Origin: an uncultured bacterium
GTDB lineage: Bacteria > CSSED10-310
Length of the DNA stretch: 64,000 nucleotides
NCBI GenBank assembly: GCA_964404285.1
Contig: CAYOJK010000012.1
Coordinates: forward strand, 11,494 to 75,493
Direction of reading: 5' to 3'
The notes beneath the pieces are model-generated. The model did no database searches. It saw only the letters and a program-made list of their open reading frames with translations, and was not told where the DNA came from. Numbering within the stretch: position 1 is the stretch's first letter; each line of letters starts with the position of its first letter. Positions 10,098-20,526 of the stretch are shown here, in pieces. The translations under genes were made by a program, and so were the position numbers.

Positions 10098-10126
10098 ACC
10101 AGGAACCGCGCTCGAAGAGCGTCACT
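10098..10126. repeat. 29-nt dispersed intergenic element, copy A (accaggaaccgcgctcgaagagcgtcact)
   Basis: 26/29 identical to the element at 60929-60957. Contains an imperfect hairpin (gcgctc-gaag-gagcg). Lies immediately after the stop of the 10126-11364 gene. Confidence 0.4.
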
Positions 10127-11364
10127 CAGTTCTCATCGCTCAGAACGCGCTTTTCGAGCGCTGCGGTATGCATTTTTAAGATAAATCCTTGAGGCCGCGA
10201 ATCATCCACAATTTCATACCAAGCTGAAACATCGCTTTCCTTGACCTGCAGACTATCTCCCGGTTCCAAATACCCCGTTATTTCCGCCATCAGCGACGGT
10301 TTTTCACGTATGGCAACTCGATTTCCATCTTCGGGAATCATCACGGTAATCGAAGGCTCAGCATCTTCAAAAATCTGTTCATAAATATCTTCATACGCTT
10401 CAGGCTCAGGCATGGCTACAACCACAGACTCCGGATGCACCAGTGAATACCCTTGATCGATCACATTTTCTGCAGAATGATGTGGCGTCACAAACAGCGT
10501 CGGCAAAAAGCCTTCTTTATTGTGGTGAGTCCGTATCCGTGTCCACGTCGATGACGATGCCAGAACATCGACACGAGTATTTTTACGTAACAGCGCCAGA
10601 ACCGGCGATTCATGAGACGGACTCAAACGCAGCGCCGCATTGTCTGTCGCAATATACGCAGCTTTCAATACCGGCGCATCGGTTACTGTCGTGATACTCG
10701 GCAAAGATATCGCCATCTCCAGCGGTAAATCCGACGATGATGACAAATAGTAAACGAAAGACTGGTATTGCTCATTGCTACCCAATGCCGACGCGTTCCG
10801 AATGGCACGATCGGCATTCTGTCGACTCCCCAAAACCTCGTAAGCTACAGCAAGGTTCAAAGCCGTTGCGGCAAACGATCGATAACGAAAAGCGCTTTCG
10901 AAAAGTTGAACGGCCTGTTCCCACATGCCTGCTCTGGCATACACATATCCATGATTACATGAACTGTCACAGGGTATTAAAAACTTGACGAATTCTGCGC
11001 CCCTGCCTGCAACGCCGTTCAAGCGCGCTAGTCCTTCACAATAAAGCGCTTCCGAACGCAGATCGACAGCGCGCTGATATAAGCGTCCGGCAGCTTCAAG
11101 TTGTCCGGCACGCTCATAGCACACCCCCAAATTAAATTGGGCTGCATGATTACGTGGTCGATACCATACCGATTTTTGCAACTCCTCTTGAGCCTCCGCC
11201 CACATCCCGACACGCATTAAACGAACCGATGACCCAACGGTTTTATTGCCGGCAACAAGCCACCCATCCGCAAAAACAGGATAAATCACCGCGTCCGAAT
11301 ACACCGCTCGAGGAAATAAAAACATCAATACCAGACACCATTTGATTTTGCCGAGATGCTTCAC
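10126..11364 (-). CDS. Secreted TPR-repeat protein with C-terminal SH3b-like domains
   Basis: Signal peptide; TPR-like 'AQFNLGVCYERAGQLEAAGRLYQRAV' repeats; two C-terminal bacterial-SH3-like segments. Confidence 0.55.
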   Translation of the reverse strand: MKHLGKIKWCLVLMFLFPRAVYSDAVIYPVFADGWLVAGNKTVGSSVRLMRVGMWAEAQEELQKSVWYRPRNHAAQFNLGVCYERAGQLEAAGRLYQRAVDLRSEALYCEGLARLNGVAGRGAEFVKFLIPCDSSCNHGYVYARAGMWEQAVQLFESAFRYRSFAATALNLAVAYEVLGSRQNADRAIRNASALGSNEQYQSFVYYLSSSSDLPLEMAISLPSITTVTDAPVLKAAYIATDNAALRLSPSHESPVLALLRKNTRVDVLASSSTWTRIRTHHNKEGFLPTLFVTPHHSAENVIDQGYSLVHPESVVVAMPEPEAYEDIYEQIFEDAEPSITVMIPEDGNRVAIREKPSLMAEITGYLEPGDSLQVKESDVSAWYEIVDDSRPQGFILKMHTAALEKRVLSDEN

Positions 11365-11622
11365 AATAAAACTCCTCCTAATCCTGGCCGATACCCTGGC
11401 CTATTCTGGCAAAAGTCTGATTTTTTGTAAAACTGTTAGGTTAAAAATTACAATTTCCACTCTGGAAATACCTGTATCAAATTGAAAACAGACGGACAAC
11501 CACTGATAAAACAATACGTTGCTTCAATATATCTTTGCGCCTTAGCGCTAAGGATTGATGGTGATTTTGGATTAACGGAATGAACCGGTGATCTTGACCT
11601 AAGTTTGAAGAAAAGGTAAACA

Positions 11623-13071
11623 ATGCGAGTGGATATTTTATTTTTGCAAAATATTTGGTTTGAATCTCTTGGTGCGATGAGCTTGGTAGCGGCTGCTCAA
11701 AAAGCCGGTTTCAAGGCGGATGTCATCATTGGGAAAGACAGAGATCTGTTAAAAGAGGTCAAACACTCGAAACCGCGATTCGTCGCTTTCAGTTGCGTGA
11801 CAGGAACACAACTTTGGGCGCAGCAGTTATGTGAATATATCAAAAAAGACATCAGCTCAGATATCGCTACGATAATGGGGGGACCTCACCCGACGTTTTT
11901 CCCGGAAATATTGTCACAATCATCCTATCTGGACATGATTTGTATCGGGGAAGGCGAATATGTTCTGCCGGAAATTTTAGCTGCGACAAAAATCCCTGAT
12001 GACATTCAACAAATTGAAAATATGCATGTCAAAATAGACGACCGGATCGTTCAGAACCCGGTCAGAGACCTAATCAACGATCTGGATTCCCTGCCGTTTG
12101 TCAACCGGGAATCCCTTTATCGATATCCCATTATTCGGGATAATCCTGTTAAAAGACTGATATCCAGTAGAGGGTGTCCGCATAATTGCGCATTCTGTTT
12201 CAATCACAGTATGAAGAAGCTGTATAAGGGAAAAGGCGCATATATCAGAAGACGGTCTGTTGACAATGTGATTGAAGAATTGAAGGAGATCGAACAGCGT
12301 TGGCCGGTGGAAACATTCCTGTTTGAAGATGATCAATTTGCCGTCAACAAAGCCTGGCTGTTGGAATTCTGTGATAAATATGCACAAAATTTCAAACGGC
12401 CGTTTATCTGTTATGCACGAGCGGATTCGATTGACAATGATACGGTCAAAGGATTGAAAGATGCCGGGTGTTATAATGTGGTTATCGGTGTTGAAACAGG
12501 CGATGAACGGTTAAGAAATGAAATCCTGAACAAAAACATCACTGATGCCCAGTTGAAGGAAGCTGCGGCATTGTTCCATAAATACAAGATCAATTTTTGC
12601 ACGACCAATATTCTGGGTCTTCCGAACGAAACACAGGAACAAGCGTACCGAACAGTGACGTTTACTTGGGAACTCAATCCAACCTTTACGTGGTGTTCGG
12701 TGTTTCAGCCCTATCCTCGAACGGAACTAGGTGAAATGGCGCTGGCGGAAAAACTGGCGCCTCATCTGGATATCGATGTGATTGAACCCAATTACCATTC
12801 GAATAGCATTCTACAACAACCGGCAATACGCCAAAGCGTGAACTTACACAAGTTTTTTTATATTTTGTTCAACTATCCTTCTCTGTTTCCTTTCATAAAA
12901 CCTTTGCTGAAATGGCCGCCCAATGTCGTGTTTACGCTTATACACCGAGTCAGTTTTCTGTTTATCTATAGAAAACGCTGGAAAATATCACTGTGGCGAG
13001 CGATTCAAGAAGGTTTCAACACATCCGGTTTCACAAGAAACAAACGTGTCAAACACCAAGAAGATATTTAA
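11623..13071 (+). CDS. B12-binding domain radical SAM protein
   Basis: N-terminal B12-binding-like domain followed by 'SSRGCPHNCAFC' (CxxxCxxC radical-SAM cluster motif). Confidence 0.8.
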   Translation: MRVDILFLQNIWFESLGAMSLVAAAQKAGFKADVIIGKDRDLLKEVKHSKPRFVAFSCVTGTQLWAQQLCEYIKKDISSDIATIMGGPHPTFFPEILSQSSYLDMICIGEGEYVLPEILAATKIPDDIQQIENMHVKIDDRIVQNPVRDLINDLDSLPFVNRESLYRYPIIRDNPVKRLISSRGCPHNCAFCFNHSMKKLYKGKGAYIRRRSVDNVIEELKEIEQRWPVETFLFEDDQFAVNKAWLLEFCDKYAQNFKRPFICYARADSIDNDTVKGLKDAGCYNVVIGVETGDERLRNEILNKNITDAQLKEAAALFHKYKINFCTTNILGLPNETQEQAYRTVTFTWELNPTFTWCSVFQPYPRTELGEMALAEKLAPHLDIDVIEPNYHSNSILQQPAIRQSVNLHKFFYILFNYPSLFPFIKPLLKWPPNVVFTLIHRVSFLFIYRKRWKISLWRAIQEGFNTSGFTRNKRVKHQEDI

Positions 13072-13081
13072 ACGATAACAA

Positions 13082-14263
13082 GTGAACCGCGTCGTGATCC
13101 CTAAAGATAACAACCATAAACCCCATTCCACTTCTGGCCGACAACAGCATCGGTCACTTTTCTATTATATTTCCGGCCATGGTTTCGGGCATGCAACTCG
13201 GTCTATCGAAGTTATCGAGGCTATACAGCGGTTTAGACCTGATATCCCCATTTTTATCAGATCATGGGCATCACCGAAAATATTTGCCGAGATGTGTCCT
13301 GGCTATGACGTCACGTATTGTAAAATGGATATTGGCGTAGTTCAGAGAGACGGTATTTCAATGGATATACCGAAAACTTTACAGGCATTTCAACACTTAA
13401 AAGATGGGCTTGCGGATGTTTTTCAAACCGAAATAGCCTCTCTAAAAACTCATCGAGCAGGATGTATCGTCAGTGATATTCCTTCCGCTGCACACGTTTT
13501 GGCTCGATCAGTGGGAATACCCAGCCTTGCTGTAACGAATTTTTCGTGGGATTGGATCTATGAAGCATGGCTCGATGACTATCCGGAAGCCGGCAGGATC
13601 GCGGAAGGCTTACGGAAAGAATACGCTCTCTGCGACGAACTGTTACGATTGCCGTATGCGCCGTCAATGGACACGTTTCCGATAATTTCCGATATGCCCA
13701 TGCTGGGCAGAAAAGCCGACTTGCCTAAAAACACTGTCAGAGAACGACTTGGATTACAGTCCGAAACACGACCTCTTGTATTGCTGTCTTTTGGTGGAAT
13801 GGGTTTGGATGAAAAAGCCTTAGGCGCTTTAAATCAATTAGACGATTTTCATTTATTGACAACGTTCTCCATGAACAGCGCACAGATAACGCAATTGAAG
13901 CCGCTTGGAATCTATGATATAAATTATCCTGATCTAGTTGGAGCTGTGGATATCGTTGTCACCAAACCAGGATATGGGATTGTGTCAGAATGTGCCGTCA
14001 ATCATACTCGAATGCTTTATACGGATAGAGGCCCCTTTCGCGAATATGATACAATTATGGAACAGATGCCCTATTGGAATTGTGGTTTATACATACCACA
14101 GAAAGCCCTACTTGAAGGCGACTGGAAACATTATTTAGATGATTTGATGAGCAGAGATCCCGTCAATGTTCCGGGTTCGACGGAAGCCGCGTGTGCTGAG
14201 GGTGCAGAGGTTGCTGCGGAACATATTTTAACGCGCTATGATAGGGGGAGAACAGCGAAATGA
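13082..14263 (+). CDS. Glycosyltransferase (GT1/GT28 MGT-like fold)
   Basis: 'YYISGHGFGHATRSIEVIEAI' N-terminal G-rich loop typical of the MurG/MGT superfamily. C-terminal 'VVTKPGYGIVSE' nucleotide-sugar-binding region. Confidence 0.6.
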   Translation: MNRVVIPKDNNHKPHSTSGRQQHRSLFYYISGHGFGHATRSIEVIEAIQRFRPDIPIFIRSWASPKIFAEMCPGYDVTYCKMDIGVVQRDGISMDIPKTLQAFQHLKDGLADVFQTEIASLKTHRAGCIVSDIPSAAHVLARSVGIPSLAVTNFSWDWIYEAWLDDYPEAGRIAEGLRKEYALCDELLRLPYAPSMDTFPIISDMPMLGRKADLPKNTVRERLGLQSETRPLVLLSFGGMGLDEKALGALNQLDDFHLLTTFSMNSAQITQLKPLGIYDINYPDLVGAVDIVVTKPGYGIVSECAVNHTRMLYTDRGPFREYDTIMEQMPYWNCGLYIPQKALLEGDWKHYLDDLMSRDPVNVPGSTEAACAEGAEVAAEHILTRYDRGRTAK

Positions 14264-14892
14264 ATACCCTGGATTATTTTATAGTGTGCATTCTTTTAGC
14301 GCCTACAATTACCGGATTGTTCAAAGGGTTTATTCGGACAGTTGTCGGTCTGCTTGGCATTATTGGGGGTATCGTTTTAAGCATGGTTTTTTCTAGACCG
14401 CTTGGAGTTGCAATCGGTCAATTTTTTGGCGCTAAAGATTTTTTTGCCGGTAAGCTCCTCTCTTTTATCATCATCTTTTCGTTGACCTCGCTTGCCGGAT
14501 TTATATTGGCTGCCTTGATGCATCGAATCGTATCGTTGGCCAACTTGGGGTTTCTCAATCGTTTGTTAGGCGGACTTTTAGGGCTGTTACAAGGTTTGGC
14601 GATAACGGGAGCTATCCTGACAATTGTCACCATGATTCCATCAACTAAACCTTGGATCGACAATTCGCTGGTCAGCCTAAAAATCGTCGACGGCGCCGTG
14701 GCCACCGCCAACTTTTTACCAGACGAATGGGCAGATTATGTTCTCCCAGAGCGCTGGATTGGCTCCTCACGAAAAAATTTACTCGATGTATTGAAAGATG
14801 ATGAAGAAGCCTCACAAGCTATCGACACCAAACAAGCCGAAAATGAAGACGTTAAAACTCCGCGTTCCCCGGAGTTCTCGGAAACGGAATGA
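14260..14892 (+). CDS. cvpA: CvpA-family membrane protein (colicin V production protein homolog)
   Basis: 'MNTLDYFIVCILLAPTITGLFKGFIRTVVGLLGIIGG' is the typical CvpA N-terminus; 4 TM segments. Confidence 0.65.
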   Translation: MNTLDYFIVCILLAPTITGLFKGFIRTVVGLLGIIGGIVLSMVFSRPLGVAIGQFFGAKDFFAGKLLSFIIIFSLTSLAGFILAALMHRIVSLANLGFLNRLLGGLLGLLQGLAITGAILTIVTMIPSTKPWIDNSLVSLKIVDGAVATANFLPDEWADYVLPERWIGSSRKNLLDVLKDDEEASQAIDTKQAENEDVKTPRSPEFSETE

Positions 14893-16258
14893 CATCACGG
14901 ATATTCGCCATTCCCGTCACATATTGAAGCAGTCGTTCGAAGCCCAAACCAAAGCCTGCATGGGGGGCCGAGCCGAAACGCCGGGTATCCAGATACCACC
15001 AATAATTTTTGATATCTAGACCTTTGAGCTGGATCAGTTCCTTTAAAATATCTAATCGTTCTTCACGTTGGCTGCCGCCGATTATCTCCCCGATACGAGG
15101 AACCAGTAGGTCCATTGCCGCAACTGTTCGGCCGTCATCGCTCCGGCGCATATAAAATGCTTTGATATCCAATGGATAATCCCGCACAAACGTAGGCTTT
15201 TTGATCAACTCTTCCGTCAAAAACCGTTCGTGTTCCGTCTGTAAATCTATGCCCCAAGAAACGGGGAAATCAAATGTTTTATTCGATTTTTTAAGCAAAT
15301 CGATCGCCTCGGTATAGGTCAATATTTCAAAGGTGTATTTTTCTATGGCGTCTAGCCGTTCAAAAAGCGTCGGATCGATCCGCTGATTGAAAAACGCCAA
15401 ATCTTCTTCACATCGCTGACGAACACGGCGTGTGACTTCTTTGATAAACAACTCCGCCAGAGCAATATTGTCATCCAAATCATAAAACGCCATTTCCGGC
15501 TCGATCATCCAAAATTCCGCCGCATGTCGAGGCGTATTGGAGTTTTCTGCTCGAAAAGTCGGACCGAAAGTGTAAATTTCCGACAACGACATCGCAAACA
15601 ATTCACCTTCAAGCTGTCCGCTGACAGTCAAACCAGTTGGAATCTTGAAAAAGTCCTGGGAGAAATCCACCTCCAATTTGCCTTGGTCGGTTTTGCGCAT
15701 AGGCACGTTATGCAGGGGTAGAGTGGTAACCTGAAACATCTCACCAGCGCCTTCACAATCCGAGCTGCTGATTATCGGTGTGTGGATATAGAAAAAACCT
15801 TTTTCCTGGAAAAACTCATGGATAGCGTACGCCGCAGCATTTCGAACACGAAAAACAGCTCCATAACTATTAGTTCTTGGTCGTAAATGAGCGATAGTGC
15901 GTAAAAACTCATTACTATGCCGTTTTTTCTGAAGAGGATAATCTTCATCACAATCACCGAAAATCTCGATTTGATCGGCATGAATTTCAAAATTCTGCTC
16001 TTTCCCTGGTGATTCGACAAGACGACCTGAAATACGAACACTCGATCCAATCGATGTTTTTCTGACCGATTCAAAATTCGCGAGATTAGACTCCGCAACA
16101 ACCTGTATTCCCGATAGGCACGAGCCATCATTGATCAGTAAAAACAAAATGGATTTGCTCTCACGCTTCTGCCGAATCCAACCCGTGATGACCACATGAT
16201 CCAGACTGGTTTCAGACTGCAATAAAACCTTTATTTTCTTACCTCTGTTGATCGCCAT
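14852..16258 (-). CDS. asnS: Asparagine--tRNA ligase
   Basis: 'FRAENSNTPRHAAEFWMIEPEMAF' class IIb motif. Start taken at 'MAINRGKKIKV' with AAAGGAG RBS; the longer ORF start at 16375 is unlikely. Confidence 0.85.
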   Translation of the reverse strand: MAINRGKKIKVLLQSETSLDHVVITGWIRQKRESKSILFLLINDGSCLSGIQVVAESNLANFESVRKTSIGSSVRISGRLVESPGKEQNFEIHADQIEIFGDCDEDYPLQKKRHSNEFLRTIAHLRPRTNSYGAVFRVRNAAAYAIHEFFQEKGFFYIHTPIISSSDCEGAGEMFQVTTLPLHNVPMRKTDQGKLEVDFSQDFFKIPTGLTVSGQLEGELFAMSLSEIYTFGPTFRAENSNTPRHAAEFWMIEPEMAFYDLDDNIALAELFIKEVTRRVRQRCEEDLAFFNQRIDPTLFERLDAIEKYTFEILTYTEAIDLLKKSNKTFDFPVSWGIDLQTEHERFLTEELIKKPTFVRDYPLDIKAFYMRRSDDGRTVAAMDLLVPRIGEIIGGSQREERLDILKELIQLKGLDIKNYWWYLDTRRFGSAPHAGFGLGFERLLQYVTGMANIRDVIPFPRTPGNAEF

Positions 16259-16474
16259 AGATTTGTCTCCTTTACGTTTAACGATCCAACCGGAATAAGG
16301 AGTGTAACGCGAAATCAGCGTAAATGTCCAGATTGTTGACCCTGATCTCAAATTTGAATTATTTACATGTTTCAATTATTTATAAGATTCTATGTTTTAG
16401 CGCTCGATTGACACGTTGAAACACCTGCTTCAAAATTCACGTATTCGATCGTAATAGGGGGGGAGAAAACAATA

Positions 16475-17272
16475 ATGGCGGAATCCGAAGCTTGGCAACT
16501 GAAACTATTTCGTAAAACACTCAAAAAAAAAGAAAAATGGCAGATTATCAAAAAACTTTTACCGAATTTGTCGGATTGTCGATGTCTGGACCTTGGCTGT
16601 GCAAAAGGCACGATAAGTTACTTTCTGAAAAATGAAGGCGGCGTTTGGTTTCATGAAGATTTGGATTTCGTGAATGTCAAAGCCACCCGCGATCTTGTCG
16701 GCCCAAAAGTCGCCGTGATTTCACCGGACGGTATTCCTCACCCGTCAGACAGTTTCGATGTCATTGTATCACTAGATATTCTAGAACATATCAAAGACGA
16801 TGTTTCTTTTGCCGGCGAAATGGTCAGAGTCTTGAAAAACAACGGCTTATTAATCTTGTCAACACCGGCAACAGGCCCTTTTTACCTGGTCAATCGACTA
16901 AAAAATCTCTGTGGATTGACACCGGATCAATATGGTCATGTGGTGGAAGGATATACGTTGAAAGAATTGACAAAAATGTTTACTGAAGCAGGCTTGAAAA
17001 TAGAACAAGCAACAACTTATTCACGATTTTTCACAGAATTTGTGGAGTTTTTAATAAATTTCGCTTTTATTAAATTTATGCGCGGAAAAACCGTCGAAAA
17101 ACGAGACGGCCATATTACTCCCGGCAGCGCTGAAGAAGTTCAGAAACACCGAAAACAACTCGCCTTCTATTCCCTGATTTACCCGTTTGTGTGGTTATTC
17201 ACGCGGCTGGATATTTTGTGGCGGGCGCTGGGAATACCCGGATATGCTACGCTGTTGATTTGCAGAAAATAA
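16475..17272 (+). CDS. Class I SAM-dependent methyltransferase
   Basis: 'CLDLGCAKGTISYFL' motif I; 'VIVSLDILEHI' motif II-like. Confidence 0.7.
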   Translation: MAESEAWQLKLFRKTLKKKEKWQIIKKLLPNLSDCRCLDLGCAKGTISYFLKNEGGVWFHEDLDFVNVKATRDLVGPKVAVISPDGIPHPSDSFDVIVSLDILEHIKDDVSFAGEMVRVLKNNGLLILSTPATGPFYLVNRLKNLCGLTPDQYGHVVEGYTLKELTKMFTEAGLKIEQATTYSRFFTEFVEFLINFAFIKFMRGKTVEKRDGHITPGSAEEVQKHRKQLAFYSLIYPFVWLFTRLDILWRALGIPGYATLLICRK

Positions 17273-17323
17273 CAATCAATATCAGCAGCCCGTATTCGTG
17301 AAGTAGTCTCAAACTATTTCGTA

Positions 17324-18658
17324 TTAAAAATATAAACCTTTGATCAAAACGTGAAACAGACTCCAGAAACTCACAGTCCATAAAAGTGAAACGATGATAA
17401 TAATGCCCGGACGATGCCATGCTTTTGGTATCAAACCGCTCAACCCCGCAGTAATAATGACTGCAAAAGCTGGTAAAGCCGGAAAAAGATATCGTCCTTG
17501 AGACAGACTGCCTTTCATCAAGAAACCAACAGTCGATGCTAAAAACATTGTCAAGATACTGATAATCAGCACGACTGCCTGGAGCCCGTCACGCATTATT
17601 TCCGGTTTTTTACGATGAATCAGCAGGCGACCCCAACCTATTACCGCCAATATCAATAGGATTCCATAAACTCGATAAATCCAATCCGGCCCTTCCAACG
17701 ACATCCATCCAAAATTCAAAATCGCGCTCCGTAGAAAAGCCGATAGAAAACGTGCAGGCCAAGAAATGTTCCAAGGTAATGTTCCTCCGTCACGCAGCCC
17801 AAAGAACAGCTCCGTTATCCGAAGGCCATATTCTCTGACAACGGCGGGTTTATCGATCAGAATCAAAAAAAACGCCCAGACCGATCCGATGCCGATAATC
17901 GGCCAGACCCACCACGGAATACGATGACGTTGAATACGGTGTCGACCCAGTATGACTCCGGCCACACAGACCAACAAAAGTGGAAGGGCAGCCTGGTGAG
18001 TGACGGCGGCGAAGACACTTGCTATAAAAGCCAGTCCCCATCCTGCATAACGACGCTCCGGTCGCAATAACCATAATGCCGATAACACCATCATGTTCCC
18101 GCTTAACCAGGCCAAAGCGGTTGCGTTGATTGCGCCTGCCATCCACACGTATTGCGGCGCCACCATGATCGACATGGCAAGAGCTTGCCAGCGACTTGAC
18201 GGAAAAACTTCTATAACGATCAGACCCCAAAAAACAGCGGTTATGGTGGAAAGAAAAATACTGAACCCTCGAAGAACAAACAAAGCGGAAAGCACATCTT
18301 GAACACCGGCTATCTCAAGAATTCCACTGGAGATTCGATAATACAGCATGGGTTTGGAAAACTGTGTCGGCACAATTCTCAATAAAGGCGCCTGATAAAA
18401 TTTGTCCGGCTGATTGGTAGGAAAATCTACTCCGGCACGCTCCCAAAAAAAATGATCGGTCATAGACGATAAAACTTGTTTTTCCAAAGATTCGCGAGCA
18501 GCAGGATTTGTTCGCTCCATACAACCGACCAAATGTGCTGGTTCATCGGGATACATGAACGGCGGTGTCCAAACGGCGAACATCACAGCCAAAACAACGA
18601 AAGCCGGTAACCAGGGCAGCCAATACCGAAAAGTCGGTTTGTAAGCATCACCACCCAT
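17324..18658 (-). CDS. Polytopic membrane protein, GT-C-fold-like glycosyltransferase (DUF2142/ArnT-PMT-like)
   Basis: ~11 TM segments. 'YPDEPAH' motif in the first extracytoplasmic loop, like GT-C DE motifs. Start at 'MGGDAYKP' gives an 8-nt overlap with the upstream TPR gene. Confidence 0.5.
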   Translation of the reverse strand: MGGDAYKPTFRYWLPWLPAFVVLAVMFAVWTPPFMYPDEPAHLVGCMERTNPAARESLEKQVLSSMTDHFFWERAGVDFPTNQPDKFYQAPLLRIVPTQFSKPMLYYRISSGILEIAGVQDVLSALFVLRGFSIFLSTITAVFWGLIVIEVFPSSRWQALAMSIMVAPQYVWMAGAINATALAWLSGNMMVLSALWLLRPERRYAGWGLAFIASVFAAVTHQAALPLLLVCVAGVILGRHRIQRHRIPWWVWPIIGIGSVWAFFLILIDKPAVVREYGLRITELFFGLRDGGTLPWNISWPARFLSAFLRSAILNFGWMSLEGPDWIYRVYGILLILAVIGWGRLLIHRKKPEIMRDGLQAVVLIISILTMFLASTVGFLMKGSLSQGRYLFPALPAFAVIITAGLSGLIPKAWHRPGIIIIVSLLWTVSFWSLFHVLIKGLYF

Positions 18659-19559
18659 GCCAATCCTCCCGGAAAAATTCGAAGTAGAGACGAGACGGCG
18701 ATATTTTCCATGTTTGAGCCGGACCGGAGATAAAGCGTGCGGCAGGAATGTGATCAAGTTGCTTGCCTGGAACCCAATTATGAGCTGCAGTTTCAAGCTG
18801 TTCGACAATACGCAGGTTGGGCATGATGTTTCTGATCAAGGCACATTCATGTAAGGCCGCTGCAGGATTATTGTCGATAATCAACGCCAATTCACCCTGT
18901 CTCAATCGACAGAACACATCGGTCGGATCTTCCTGTAAGCCCCTGCGATAATAATCAGCGGCTAAAGACATGTGATCGATATATCGCCAAGCATCACCGA
19001 TATCGGCATATACCGGCCCAAGTTGACCCCCCAAGTCCAACGCACGCCTATAAAGAGAATAAGCGCCGATCAGATTCCCTTCCAGCAAACAACTGTGCCC
19101 CATCACGATAAACGCATCATGCCGCTCCGGTATCGACTGAAAAGCCAATGCCCAATCTTGATAAGCCTGATCGTATTTCCCGATTTTATGGTAACAAATG
19201 CCTCTGTATATCAAAGCAAAATAATCATGATCACTTTTGCCCGCCACATCCTCAGTTGTCATTAAGCAGTTGAACCAATCTATAGCCTGATCAAAATCAC
19301 CGCTCAACAACATACTCATTCCAGCGCTACGAAAAAGATCGTTACGCCAGGAATCTATCCCTTTTTTAGCATCCCATTTTGCCATTTCAACCGCTGCCTG
19401 CCGGTAATTCCGCTGCATTTCATGATAGGTTACCAGCAGAACGGAACGGGCATGACCAAACGGCGAGACGACTCGGTGAAAAAATAATACAGCCAACACC
19501 ATGATGATCCAGGGCGCCGTTATACCCACGTAAGGCTGTTTCCAGAAAGGCCGTTTCAT
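18648..19559 (-). CDS. TPR-repeat membrane-anchored protein
   Basis: N-terminal TM segment plus multiple TPR-like 'A...Y......G.Y..A...Y..AL' repeats. Confidence 0.6.
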   Translation of the reverse strand: MKRPFWKQPYVGITAPWIIMVLAVLFFHRVVSPFGHARSVLLVTYHEMQRNYRQAAVEMAKWDAKKGIDSWRNDLFRSAGMSMLLSGDFDQAIDWFNCLMTTEDVAGKSDHDYFALIYRGICYHKIGKYDQAYQDWALAFQSIPERHDAFIVMGHSCLLEGNLIGAYSLYRRALDLGGQLGPVYADIGDAWRYIDHMSLAADYYRRGLQEDPTDVFCRLRQGELALIIDNNPAAALHECALIRNIMPNLRIVEQLETAAHNWVPGKQLDHIPAARFISGPAQTWKISPSRLYFEFFREDWHGW

Positions 19560-20281
19560 GACACGTCCCGCTTTTGGTTAACCACTAAAAAATATAAACC
19601 TATCGCTAATGAAACAGCCCATAAAACAACAGATAATACCTGCCATATACCAGGCGTTTGAATGCCGGATAACCAACGCGATTTAATCATGCGGAAAATA
19701 TCCAAACCCCGAACAGGTGAAAGGATTTTAAAAAAAATATCCCCCTGTTGCCGATTCCCATTCATGTTGAAATCACCGTCTGGATACAGGTCTTTTGAAT
19801 GATGCCATAATGTAAACGCATTGCTTGTCGGGATATCTGTTCCAATGAACGCCAACACGCCGCGGGTTCCGGAATCATATTGAACCGCAGGAAAATAAAA
19901 CATCTGTGGCTTAGAGTCTTCCAAATCGTCGATATCGACCTTGATCCGCCGCCCCGAAAATTGGCGGTTATCAGATTCAAAATCGCTTTCCGCACCTATC
20001 CATACCGTCACCGTCCCCTGACTGCGACGTCCATACGTGCCAGGGCGAAAAGCAATACCCGTCACAGGTCTGTCCGGAAAAAAGAAGGTTTGTGTCCAGA
20101 TATCATCTTGACCTAGTGGCAACACAGGTGAATCGAATTTTGATTGGAACACAACAGGAACCGGCAAACCGAAAAGAAAAAGAGCCATCAATGGCACAGC
20201 CGTAATAATCCCGGCAAGAAAACCAGAGACGAGCATATATCGACGTACCATCAAAAGGTCTCCACAAACACGCCTTACCAT
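19556..20281 (-). CDS. Hypothetical membrane protein (N- and C-terminal TM segments)
   Basis: ORF with 4-nt overlap to the downstream TPR gene, suggesting an operon. No recognisable motif. Confidence 0.45.
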   Translation of the reverse strand: MVRRVCGDLLMVRRYMLVSGFLAGIITAVPLMALFLFGLPVPVVFQSKFDSPVLPLGQDDIWTQTFFFPDRPVTGIAFRPGTYGRRSQGTVTVWIGAESDFESDNRQFSGRRIKVDIDDLEDSKPQMFYFPAVQYDSGTRGVLAFIGTDIPTSNAFTLWHHSKDLYPDGDFNMNGNRQQGDIFFKILSPVRGLDIFRMIKSRWLSGIQTPGIWQVLSVVLWAVSLAIGLYFLVVNQKRDVS

Positions 20282-20526
20282 AAGGCGTAAAAAGAAACAG
20301 GTTTATTCTAGCGGTAAAATACCGGTTGTAAAAGGGTATGAACCGGAACCAACTCATTGCTCATGGCCTATAACGAATTGTTCCGTGATTACAAACAAGT
20401 AATTACCCTTTTTAATTATACGTGATATGGGTAATCTATCGGGGAAAGCGAGAGCATTCGGTTTGCGAAAGCCGAGTGAGCGTTTTGTTCGTATTGGTGC
20501 GGACAGATTGTCGGGAGTATAGTGAT

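Noticed and set aside
14852-16375. Long 507-aa version of asnS starting 'MKHVNNSN'
   Set aside because: The extension has no homology-like features. A canonical AsnRS N-terminus 'MAINRGKKIKV' with an AAAGGAG RBS begins at 16258.
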